Positions 1 through 7,867 of a DNA stretch of 64,000 nt are shown here, one piece after another. This stretch comes from an uncultured Acidobacteriota bacterium (GTDB taxonomy: Bacteria > Acidobacteriota > Thermoanaerobaculia > Multivoradales > UBA5704). A program made the translations under genes and the position numbers. Below the pieces are notes generated by a model, which saw only the letters and a program-made list of their open reading frames with translations, did no database searches and had not been told where the DNA came from. Positions within the stretch are counted from its first letter, which is position 1, and the number at the start of each line of letters is the position of its first letter. Where the stretch lies: contig OY969474.1 in assembly GCA_963700145.1 (NCBI GenBank), forward strand, positions 3,104,001 to 3,168,000, given 5' to 3'.

Positions 1-69
1 CGGGCGCGGGATCTCGCGGCGGACGACTTCGTAGTCCCCGATGCGCGTGAGCCAGCGAAGGTCGGCCAT
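1..69 (-). CDS. 5' part of a hypothetical protein running off the window (MADLRWLTRIGDYEVVRREIPRP...)
   Basis: ATG at 69, 3 bp after the stop of the upstream minus-strand gene; open to the window edge. Confidence 0.6.
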   Translation of the reverse strand, partial: MADLRWLTRIGDYEVVRREIPRP

Positions 70-72
70 CGC

Positions 73-816
73 TCACGCTCCGAGGAGCTTCGGCAGGTAC
101 TCGGTCAGGGCCGGTATGTAGACGACCGCCTTGGCGAGCAGGGCCTCGAACTTGAAGATCAGGTCGAGCAGCCGCTCGAGCTGGTCGAGGTCGAGATGGG
201 TGCCCTGCTTTCTCGCGCGGAGGTAGTGGACGGTGAGCTTGCCCACCGCCTGCTCGACGGCCTCCTTGAGCCCGGCGGCGCCGTGGATGCGGTAGTCGGT
301 CAGGGCGGCGCGGAGGGCCTGGAGGATTTCGAGGCTGACCTGGCGGAGCGCGGGGTCGAGCTCGGCGCTGGCGGTGAAGGCGAAGAGAGCGTTGAGGCGG
401 GCCTCGACCTCGGCGAGGTCGTCGGTCGCCAGCGAGGTCTCGGGGAACTCCTCGGCGATGCGGGCGCCGCAGAACTCGACGGACTTACAGACGGCCTCGC
501 CGAGGGCCTCCTGGAAGGGAGCGTAGCGGCGGGAGTCCTGGTCGAGGCGGGCGCCGAGGAGGGCCTTGCGCGCCGCGGGGAAGTGGCGGAGGTAGCGCTG
601 GAGGTCGACGCCCGGGATCGAGCGGATCGCGGCCTCGGACTGGACGAAGAGGTCGTCGACGGCGAGGAGGCGGCGGCGGAGGGCGAGGTCGTCGTCCGGC
701 TGGAGCTCGAAGACCTCGGCGAGGACTTGGCGGATCGGGCGCCCCTCGCGGCTCGCGTCGCGCAGGGCGAGGAGCATCTTGTGGAGGCGGAGAGCGGAGT
801 TGATCGTGCGGTCCAT
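73..816 (-). CDS. hypothetical all-helical protein, 247 aa
   Basis: Natural-looking composition; GAGAGG RBS upstream; operon-like spacing with neighbours. Confidence 0.8.
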   Translation of the reverse strand: MDRTINSALRLHKMLLALRDASREGRPIRQVLAEVFELQPDDDLALRRRLLAVDDLFVQSEAAIRSIPGVDLQRYLRHFPAARKALLGARLDQDSRRYAPFQEALGEAVCKSVEFCGARIAEEFPETSLATDDLAEVEARLNALFAFTASAELDPALRQVSLEILQALRAALTDYRIHGAAGLKEAVEQAVGKLTVHYLRARKQGTHLDLDQLERLLDLIFKFEALLAKAVVYIPALTEYLPKLLGA

Positions 817-828
817 CGGGAGCCTCTC

Positions 829-1776
829 CTAGCCCTCGCCGATCGTCAGCGCCTCGCCCGGCACCTCCGGCGCCGGGGTCAGCCAGTTGCGGCCGACGGC
901 GGCCTCATGCCCGCCGGGCTCGTTCCAACGGACGAGGACCCAATCGCACGGGCTCATCCAGCCGTTGCGCGGCGTTGCGGACGGGCGCCGGAGGCTGGCG
1001 ACGAGGCCGTCGTCGAAGCGCACGACGCGTAGGGGCAGCAGGAGCTTCGGCGGGAAGGGGCCGGAGGTCGCCCGCTCGCGCAGCTCGGCGCGCACGGCGG
1101 CGATGTCGAGGCGGATGGAGGCGAGCCAGCGGAGCGCGCCGTAGTAGTCGGGGTCGCGGCTGGTGCCGGGAGTCGCCAGCTCCTCGGCGCTGACGATGCG
1201 GCCGTCCGAGCGCCGGTGCGGCAGGCCGAGGACCGCGCGGAGGAGCGCCGCGGCCGCCTGATTGCGGGGGACCTGGGTGCGGGTGCGCAGGCCCGGCAGC
1301 CAGGGCTCGCCGTCCGGCGAGGAGACGGCGTGGTAGAGCCGGAGCGCGCGGCCGAGCCAGTCGAGGGTCTGCTCGCGCAGCTTCGAGCGGCCGGACTCGA
1401 CCGCCAAGCGGAGCAGCGCGACGTGTGCTTCGAGGTGCATGCCGGCGTGGGGGTCCGGGCAGAGGCACTCGCCGCGGAACATGCCCTGCTTGCGCTCGAG
1501 GGCGTAGAGCTTGTCGGCGTGGGCCATGGCGTGCAGGTACTCCTCGAACACCGCCATGAAGGCCTTCAGGTCGGCGGCCTCGAGGAGGTAGACGCGCCAG
1601 GCCCAGCTCGCCACGAGCATGGCCTGGTAGTTGGCGGTCTCGCGCCAGGGGCCGCCGTCGAGGCCGAGGATGCGGCGGTAGTAGGGCTCGGTGCGCGGGT
1701 CGGAGACGACCTCGCCGCTGAGGCACGCGGCGAGGCGGGCTTGGAGGGCGACGTGGGCGCGGGCGCGGGCCATCAC
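829..1776 (-). CDS. hypothetical protein, 315 aa
   Basis: Non-low-complexity ORF overlapping the stop of the upstream gene. Confidence 0.7.
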   Translation of the reverse strand: MMARARAHVALQARLAACLSGEVVSDPRTEPYYRRILGLDGGPWRETANYQAMLVASWAWRVYLLEAADLKAFMAVFEEYLHAMAHADKLYALERKQGMFRGECLCPDPHAGMHLEAHVALLRLAVESGRSKLREQTLDWLGRALRLYHAVSSPDGEPWLPGLRTRTQVPRNQAAAALLRAVLGLPHRRSDGRIVSAEELATPGTSRDPDYYGALRWLASIRLDIAAVRAELRERATSGPFPPKLLLPLRVVRFDDGLVASLRRPSATPRNGWMSPCDWVLVRWNEPGGHEAAVGRNWLTPAPEVPGEALTIGEG

Positions 1777-2186
1777 CCGGCCTCCGCGCGGCGGGTCGCC
1801 TGCGCCGCGTCCACGGTCTCTTCGATCGCCTGAGCGATGGCGCCTACCCGGACCACGTACCGTCCCGCACCGCGGGCGAGCTGGCGGTCGCTCTGGGTGA
1901 GCTTGCGGTCGGAGGCCTTGCGGCCGAGCCCCGAGAGGAAGCGCTCGAGGTACCGGAGGTCGGCGGCGGCGGCGCGCAGCGCGGTTTCTATCTGCGTCAC
2001 CTCGCCGGGCGGCTCCAAGGCCGGCAGGGTCGCGGCGAACTCGGCCAGCTCCGCCAGGAGGAGGCCCAGGTTGTGCTGCAGCGAGGTGTGGGGGAAGAGG
2101 GCCGCGAAGGTCTCGCGGAATGCCTCGCCGGCGCTGACGGGCGGCTCGGCGGGGCCTTGCGGGGTGGGTCGCTTCGGGGCGGGCAT
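1773..2186 (-). CDS. hypothetical helical protein, 137 aa
   Basis: GGAGG RBS before ATG; amphipathic helical pattern. Confidence 0.75.
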   Translation of the reverse strand: MPAPKRPTPQGPAEPPVSAGEAFRETFAALFPHTSLQHNLGLLLAELAEFAATLPALEPPGEVTQIETALRAAAADLRYLERFLSGLGRKASDRKLTQSDRQLARGAGRYVVRVGAIAQAIEETVDAAQATRRAEAG

Positions 2187-2286
2187 TCGAGAACCTCCAT
2201 TCGTTCGACGCGCCGTTGTGAGAGAGCGGTGCGCCGCCGGCGGAGGTCAGATCTCCGCCGGCGGCCGTTGTGCTGGGCCCGCTCGG

Positions 2287-2709
2287 TCAGCCGGCGGTCG
2301 GCTCCTCCTCAGCCGATGCCGGGGCCGGAGCGGGGGTTGGAGTGGGTGTGGTGCCGGGGACCGGCGGTTGGGTCTCGTCCTTCTTCGGCGGCCGCCCGGA
2401 CAAGGCGTCGGGCTTGAGCCCGAGCTCGTGCAGGACGTTGGCGCGCTTGCCGTAGGTTCCCTTGAGGCGGAACACCATCCGGCCGTAGAGCTCGGCGGTG
2501 CGTTCTTCGGCGATCGCCCGTTGGCGGACCGCCTCGCGGAGCCGGCCTTCGTGGACGTCGGACTGCAGGAGCAGCGCATCGATCTGCTGGACCAGGGCCG
2601 CGAGCTCGGTGTGGTCGGTGGTGAGGAACTCGACCTCGCCGAGGCGGGACTTGAGCCCCTCCGCGAGGAGCCGCCAAGACTTGAGTCGTTCTCCTAGGGT
2701 GTCAGGCAC
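2287..2709 (-). CDS. uncharacterised helical-bundle protein with Pro/Thr-rich tail (about 140 aa)
   Basis: GTG at 2709 preceded by AAAGGAGA; the ORF-track extension to 2952 runs through the repeat array and is probably spurious. Confidence 0.8.
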   Translation of the reverse strand: MPDTLGERLKSWRLLAEGLKSRLGEVEFLTTDHTELAALVQQIDALLLQSDVHEGRLREAVRQRAIAEERTAELYGRMVFRLKGTYGKRANVLHELGLKPDALSGRPPKKDETQPPVPGTTPTPTPAPAPASAEEEPTAG

Positions 2710-2776
2710 GACGGGTTCTCCTTTCGTTCGTTGGGGATTGAGGGTGCGACGCTCCGCGACGCCCGCCGAGCGGCGC

Positions 2777-3028
2777 GAAATGGCCTGCGGGAGGCGCGGA
2801 ACTCCTTGCGGCGGCTTCGGAACCCATTCCCGGAGCGTGGGAATGGGTTGCGCGGGCCGGGGAATGGGTTGCGGAGCGCCGGGAACCCTTTCCGAGCGGC
2901 TCGGAACAGGTTCCGCGGCGCGCGCAACTAGTTCCCGGCGTCGCGCAATCAATTCCCGGCGCCGCGCAACAGGTTCCGAAGAGCGCGCAGGAGGTTCCGA
3001 GGTCCCGGGAGGACATTTCGGGGCTTCC
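2777..3028. repeat. degenerate tandem array, 12 units of 21 bp, palindromic core GSAA-N4-TTSC
   Basis: Cores start at 2777, 2798, 2819, 2840, 2861, 2882, 2903, 2924, 2945, 2966, 2987, 3008 (all 21 bp apart). Confidence 0.9.
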
Positions 3029-3036
3029 GGCGGGGG

Positions 3037-3252
3037 TTACGCCACCTTCTCCAGGGCCGCCGCGAGCTCCAGCTCCTCCGGAGCCAGGGCGCGGGCGGTC
3101 TTGGCGGTGGTGAGGGTGAGGGTGACGGCGCCGCCGGCGATCTGGACGCCGCTGATGCGCCATTCCGGCATCGCGCGGAGCAGCTCCTGGATGCGCTCCG
3201 CCTTCAGATGCTCGGTGACGGGGGTGGGGGGCGGTTTCTGGGGCTTGGCCAT
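3037..3252 (-). CDS. small protein resembling a shortened pterin-4a-carbinolamine dehydratase-like fold
   Basis: LKAERIQELLRAMPEW N-terminus and VTLTLTT...ELELAAALE C-terminus resemble PCD; the central part appears to be missing; AGGAG RBS. Confidence 0.5.
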   Translation of the reverse strand: MAKPQKPPPTPVTEHLKAERIQELLRAMPEWRISGVQIAGGAVTLTLTTAKTARALAPEELELAAALEKVA

Positions 3253-3253
3253 G

Positions 3254-4018
3254 TCAGGTCTCCTGTGAACCGGGACCGGGCGGGATGCCCGGGCCCGAAG
3301 TCGAGTCGGCGAGCTTGTGGACTTGGGTGAAGAGGACGCGCGCCCGTTCGCCGAGGGCGAGGGCTTCTTCGGTGCGGCCTTGTTCGCCGCGCAGCTCGGA
3401 GAGCAGGCGGCAGAAGGTGGCGTTGACGGCGAGGTCGGTCGCCAGATCGAGGCGGGCCTGGGCCTGCTGGAACGCCCAATCGGCGCCGGTCAGATCGCGC
3501 CGGTGGCGCCGCGCGTTGCCGACCAGGGCCCAGGCCTGGCTGGTCAGCTCGGCCAGTAGCGTCACCGGCACGCGCGCGACGTCGAGCTTTCCCACCATCG
3601 TGATGACCAGCCGTGCCAGGTGCTCGCCTTCGCGCGGATCCGCGGCAGTCACTTCGGCGCTCTTGTCGAGGAGGAGGATGGCGAGCGAGGCCGAGGGGCG
3701 CGCGACGGCGGCGCGCTGGTCTCGCCGCAGGCGCAGCAGCTTGTCCAGCTCGCGCTGCGCGGCTTCGCGCTCGCGGAAGATCCCCGGGACCTCCGCCGCG
3801 AGCTTCTTCTCGAGGGCGGTCCACATCGCGCTGTAGTCGAGAGGGCGAGAGCGGCGGGAGGGATGTTCGGGGGAGGCGGCGGGCGTCTGGGCGGCGAGGA
3901 CTTCGCGGAGGACGGCGCGGCAGGCGTCGCAGACGAGAGCGTGGGCGAGCTGCCGCCGCTCGGCCCGCGGGACCGGGGCGAGGACGAACAGGGCGTCGAA
4001 GTGACTCAGGTGGGCCAT
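3254..4018 (-). CDS. TPR-like helical protein with N-terminal HxxxCxxC (ZAS-like) motif
   Basis: HALVCDAC; TPR-like AWALVGNARR...A and EQGRTEEALAL segments. Confidence 0.75.
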   Translation of the reverse strand: MAHLSHFDALFVLAPVPRAERRQLAHALVCDACRAVLREVLAAQTPAASPEHPSRRSRPLDYSAMWTALEKKLAAEVPGIFREREAAQRELDKLLRLRRDQRAAVARPSASLAILLLDKSAEVTAADPREGEHLARLVITMVGKLDVARVPVTLLAELTSQAWALVGNARRHRRDLTGADWAFQQAQARLDLATDLAVNATFCRLLSELRGEQGRTEEALALGERARVLFTQVHKLADSTSGPGIPPGPGSQET

Positions 4019-4195
4019 TTCTTGGCGAGAGGCCGGTGGGCGGGGCCATCGAGCAAAGCTTGTGGGGAATGGCCCCAACTTTGTGTCCCCGCGGCCCGCA
4101 CGCCGGGTACTTTCACCGAGGTATTGTGCTCTGTCAACCCGTTGTGTCTAGAGAAACGGTAAGGGGCACCCGGAGCGGTGGTGTACACTTCCCCC

Positions 4196-4612
4196 ATGGA
4201 CCCGAGCTGGGAGCCGCAGCCGGAGGGCAAGAGGCTGGCCGAGGCCCTCCAGCGGAAGATTCGCGAGTCGGGGCTGGGCTACAGCGAGGTCGAGCGCCGG
4301 CTAGGGATGGGGAAGGACACCCTGCGCCACATCCTGAGCGGCAGGGTCGAACTCAAGGCCAAGCACGTCTACGGGGTTCTCAAGGCTTTGGGGGTCGCGC
4401 CCCCGGAGTTCTTCGCCGAGTTCTACGGGCTGCTGACGCCGGCCCAGGTCGCCAGCCAGCACCTCCACCCGCAGTTTCTGCCGAGCCTCTTCCGCGTCGA
4501 GAGGGGCGCGGTCTGGTTCATCGCCCGCAAGCTCAAGGAGAAGGGCATCCTCACCGACGAGGAAGTCGCGGCGTTCGTCGCCGAATACGAGCGGAGGGGG
4601 CCGACGCTCTAG
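4196..4612 (+). CDS. XRE-family helix-turn-helix regulator
   Basis: SGLGYSEVERRLGMGKDTLRHILSGRVELK HTH pattern; divergent from the TPR gene. Confidence 0.85.
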   Translation: MDPSWEPQPEGKRLAEALQRKIRESGLGYSEVERRLGMGKDTLRHILSGRVELKAKHVYGVLKALGVAPPEFFAEFYGLLTPAQVASQHLHPQFLPSLFRVERGAVWFIARKLKEKGILTDEEVAAFVAEYERRGPTL

Positions 4613-5901
4613 CCGGCTTCGGGGCGGTAGGACCGGCGGAGGCGGCCGGCGAGGTCGTGCAGCACCGCCAGCGCGTGCTCTCCCTGGCGGCCCATCTGAC
4701 CCAGTTCGAGCAGGGCGCCGAGCAGCTCCCGGGTGGCGCCCAGCGCCTGGTAAATCGGGATCGTTTCGCCGATCGTGCGCAGAACGCCGGCGCGGTCGCC
4801 CAGTCGCAGGTAAACCTCGGCCAAGTCGAGCGAGACGTCGGCCACTTCGACTCGCAGGTCGCGCTCGAGGAAGCCTTCGCGCACCTCCAGCAGCCGGGCG
4901 GCCGCCGCCGGGAGGAGACCGAGGTCGCGTTCGATCATGGCCCCTTGCCACTGCCACTTCAGAAGGTGGATCGTGTCTTCACAGACTTCGAAGGCGGCTT
5001 GCCCACGCATGAACAGAAGGTAGGCCGCGATCGGGCGCCCGAGGTCGATGAAGCAGCGCACGAGGTTGTTCGTGGCGGCGCGCGCAAGGTCGTCGGCATC
5101 GCACTGCTGCGCAAGGTCGAGGCCGGCCTGCAATGGCTCGAACGCGGACTCGGGATTGCCGGCGTAGATGTGCGCGATCCCTAGCTTCACCGCGGCGGCA
5201 CTCTCGCCGCGGGGATTGCCGGCGGACCGGTAGCAGCTCGCTGCCTCGGCCGCGAGAGCTGTCGCTGCCTCGAACTCGCGGTGGAATAGGCGAAGAGAGA
5301 AGAAGTGCTCACAGATCCAGCCGCGCACCTCCGGGTCCCCGCTCCCCGCCTCTTGATGAGCGAAGGCCGTGGCGAAGGCGCGCTCGGCTTCCGGCAACTC
5401 GCTCCGGAGCCGGTGTGCGTTGGCGAGGGCCGCCCAGGCGCGGGCCTGAGCATCGTGCGGCGCGGGGACGCTGCCCGCCTTGGTGGAGGCCGCTGCTTGC
5501 GCCGCCGCGACGGCGAGCCGGGCGTCTTGCCACATTCGCTCCGGGTCGCTGTGGCATGCCGCGAGGCTCCGCTCCGCGAGCAGGTCCGCAACTGCGCAGG
5601 CGGCAAAGCGGCCGGAGTTCCGGATCACAAGCTCCCGCTGCGCGAACGGCAGCGCGTCGATCTCGGTGAGCAGGCGCTCGGCGGTCCTCCGCGCGAGCTG
5701 GCGGTCTACCGCTGCCTGAGTTCTGGAGAAGGTTTCCGCGTAGGAGGTCTCGGGCGCCAGGAAGCCGCGCAGGGTCTCCTTGCAGCTCGTGCAGCCCGCC
5801 AGAAGATGGCGGACGAGGCGCTGGCCCTCCTCACCGGAGGCCTTCCCGCTCGCGAACCTTGCGGCGACCTCCGCAGGGACCTCGTGCTCGCTGTCGCTCA
5901 C
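4609..5901 (-). CDS. TPR-repeat protein with N-terminal HxxxxCxxC motif, 430 aa
   Basis: HLLAGCTSC; several TPR-like repeats (AWAALANAHR, LGIAHIYAGN, SLDLAEVYL). Confidence 0.85.
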   Translation of the reverse strand: MSDSEHEVPAEVAARFASGKASGEEGQRLVRHLLAGCTSCKETLRGFLAPETSYAETFSRTQAAVDRQLARRTAERLLTEIDALPFAQRELVIRNSGRFAACAVADLLAERSLAACHSDPERMWQDARLAVAAAQAAASTKAGSVPAPHDAQARAWAALANAHRLRSELPEAERAFATAFAHQEAGSGDPEVRGWICEHFFSLRLFHREFEAATALAAEAASCYRSAGNPRGESAAAVKLGIAHIYAGNPESAFEPLQAGLDLAQQCDADDLARAATNNLVRCFIDLGRPIAAYLLFMRGQAAFEVCEDTIHLLKWQWQGAMIERDLGLLPAAAARLLEVREGFLERDLRVEVADVSLDLAEVYLRLGDRAGVLRTIGETIPIYQALGATRELLGALLELGQMGRQGEHALAVLHDLAGRLRRSYRPEAG

Positions 5902-5985
5902 AGAACCCGCATTCTAACGGAAAGACGTAGACGCGGCGCCGCTCGACCGGCCGGCCGGCGCCGGCCGAGCGGGTATAACTCTGCA

Positions 5986-6231
5986 TCAGGGCTTGCAGGG
6001 CGCTCCGCTCGGATCGATGCACGACCCGTGATCCCCGGTCGGCAGCGGCCCGCCCCCGATCCCTCCCAAGCCGAACCACCCCGCCAGCCGTGCGAACCAG
6101 CCGGCGATCCGGCCGCCGTGGCTCACGGCCACCAGCGGCGTATCCATCACCCCGGCCTCCGCGGCCGGCACCGCCGTCAAGACACACGCCACCACCGCCA
6201 GCCCGAAGGCCGCTTTTCGCAAACCTTTCAT
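5986..6231 (-). CDS. small secreted peptide (81 aa) with C-terminal GSCIDPSGAPC motif
   Basis: GGAGG RBS; signal peptide MKGLRKAAFGLAVVACVLTAVPAAEA; amphipathic GWFARLAGWF helix. Confidence 0.75.
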   Translation of the reverse strand: MKGLRKAAFGLAVVACVLTAVPAAEAGVMDTPLVAVSHGGRIAGWFARLAGWFGLGGIGGGPLPTGDHGSCIDPSGAPCKP

Positions 6232-6371
6232 GGGATTCACCCTCCGGCGGGTCGGAGCCCGACCGGAAGCGGCGCGGGACGCCCGCATTCCGATAGTGCC
6301 ATACGGCCCCAAGACCGGGGCGCGCGAGCAGGGCCATCAGTGGGCAGTCGAAAGGTGATTAGACTACCGGC

Positions 6372-6521
6372 ATGGAGACCGCGGTCTCGGTCCCGCGGCA
6401 GGTCGGCCGCGGCGTCGTGAATGCTCTCGCCGAAGTCGGCAGCGAGCCGGACGTTTTCAGCCGCAGGGCCGCGCGAGGTGTTCTGGAACGCGTCGAGTGG
6501 GAGGAGGAATCGGGCTCATGA
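6372..6521 (+). pseudogene. internally deleted RHH (ChpI-like) antitoxin relic, 49 aa
   Basis: METAVSVP start and NALAEVGSEPDVFSRRAARGVLERVEW end match that family's termini without the central helices; TAGACT -10 just upstream; ATGA overlap with hicB. Confidence 0.55.
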
Positions 6522-6694
6522 CGGTCAGACACAAGGTCGCCCTGCGTAAGAGCGAAGAGGGGTACAGCGTCTCGGTGCCCGGCCTGCCGGGCTGCTGGTC
6601 GCAAGGCACGACCGAGTCCGAGGCGCTGGAGAACATCGAAGACGCCATCCGCGAGTACCTCGCGGTGGTGTCCGACCCCCGCCCCAACCGCTAG
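6518..6694 (+). CDS. hicB: HicB-family antitoxin (short; no hicA nearby)
   Basis: EEGYSVSVPGLPGCWSQGTTESEALENIEDAIREYL signature. Confidence 0.85.
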   Translation: MTVRHKVALRKSEEGYSVSVPGLPGCWSQGTTESEALENIEDAIREYLAVVSDPRPNR

Positions 6695-6756
6695 AATCCC
6701 CTGCCACCCGAGGAATGCCCCGCCGTCCGGAGCCGTTTGGGCGTGGGGAAACCGCC

Positions 6757-7857
6757 ATGCAACCCGCCATGCAACCGACCGACATCTACGGCAGCCTGCA
6801 GCAGCGCGTCATCGGCCAGGAGGAGATCCTGCGCTTCGTTTCGGTGGCGATCTTCAAGCACCTCCAGGGGGAGAAGTACGGCAACCTCCTGCTGATCGGC
6901 AACTCCGGCACCGGCAAGACGACGATCATGCGGGCCATCGAGGAGCTGTACCGGCAGCACGAGGAGCTGCGCGACTACCGGGTGCTGGTGATCATGAACG
7001 CCTCGACGATCGCCAACGAGGAGGGGATGGTGGACGTCGGGCGCCTCCTGACCCGGGTCGAGGAGCGGGCGCGGCAGATCCTGGGGGAGGACGCCACCCC
7101 GGAGGAGATCGCCCGCGCCATGGAGCGGGCCACCGTCTGCCTCGACGAGATCGACAAGGTCTCGGGGCAGATCGGCGGCAAGCCCTACGTCACCGGCATC
7201 AACATCCAGCAGGCCCTGCTCACCCTGATCGAGGGCGAGAGCGTGCTCTGGCCGATCACCGTCGTGCGCGACAAGCTCCCCGAGACGGCGCGCCTGACGG
7301 TCGACACCGGCCGCATGCTCTTCCTCTGCGCCGGCGCCTTCGAGACCCTCTACGACCAGGTCTTCCAGCGCGTCGTCTCGCCCAAAAGCGGCATCAAGCT
7401 GCCGACGACGACCGTCTACGAGAACGGCAAGATCCAGATCCGCGAGTACTTCACCCTGCGCGAGCACTTCAAGCAGGAGGACCTCTTCGCCTACGGCATG
7501 CAGCCGCAGTTCATGTCGCGCTTCGACAACGCGATCATCCTCGAGGACCTCACCGCCGGCACCCTGGCACGCATCTTCCGCGACCTCGAGGACGGCGTCT
7601 TTCGCTCTTCCCAGAACTTCTTCCGCAAGTACGGCATCGAGCTCGAGGTCACCGACCAGGCGGTGCAGAAGATCGCCGAGGAGGCCTCGCGCCACAGCCG
7701 GATCGGTGCGCGCGCCCTCAAGTCGGTCTACGGCCGGATCATCAAGCCCTTCGAGTTCGACCCCTTCTCCCGCCAGGAAGTCAAGGCCAACGGCGGCGGC
7801 CACCGCCTGCTCATCGACGAGCCGCTGGTGACGAGCGCCATGCGGCCGTCGGCATAA
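6757..7857 (+). CDS. divergent ClpX/HslU-like AAA+ ATPase lacking the N-terminal Zn domain
   Basis: VIGQE, Walker A GNSGTGKT, Walker B LDEIDK, QQALLTLIEG, LFLCAGAF, sensor-2 GARAL. Confidence 0.85.
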   Translation: MQPAMQPTDIYGSLQQRVIGQEEILRFVSVAIFKHLQGEKYGNLLLIGNSGTGKTTIMRAIEELYRQHEELRDYRVLVIMNASTIANEEGMVDVGRLLTRVEERARQILGEDATPEEIARAMERATVCLDEIDKVSGQIGGKPYVTGINIQQALLTLIEGESVLWPITVVRDKLPETARLTVDTGRMLFLCAGAFETLYDQVFQRVVSPKSGIKLPTTTVYENGKIQIREYFTLREHFKQEDLFAYGMQPQFMSRFDNAIILEDLTAGTLARIFRDLEDGVFRSSQNFFRKYGIELEVTDQAVQKIAEEASRHSRIGARALKSVYGRIIKPFEFDPFSRQEVKANGGGHRLLIDEPLVTSAMRPSA

Positions 7858-7867
7858 CATACGCCGC

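Noticed and set aside
1-6231. Prophage call for the left-end hypothetical cluster
   Set aside because: No integrase, terminase, capsid or tail motifs recognised.
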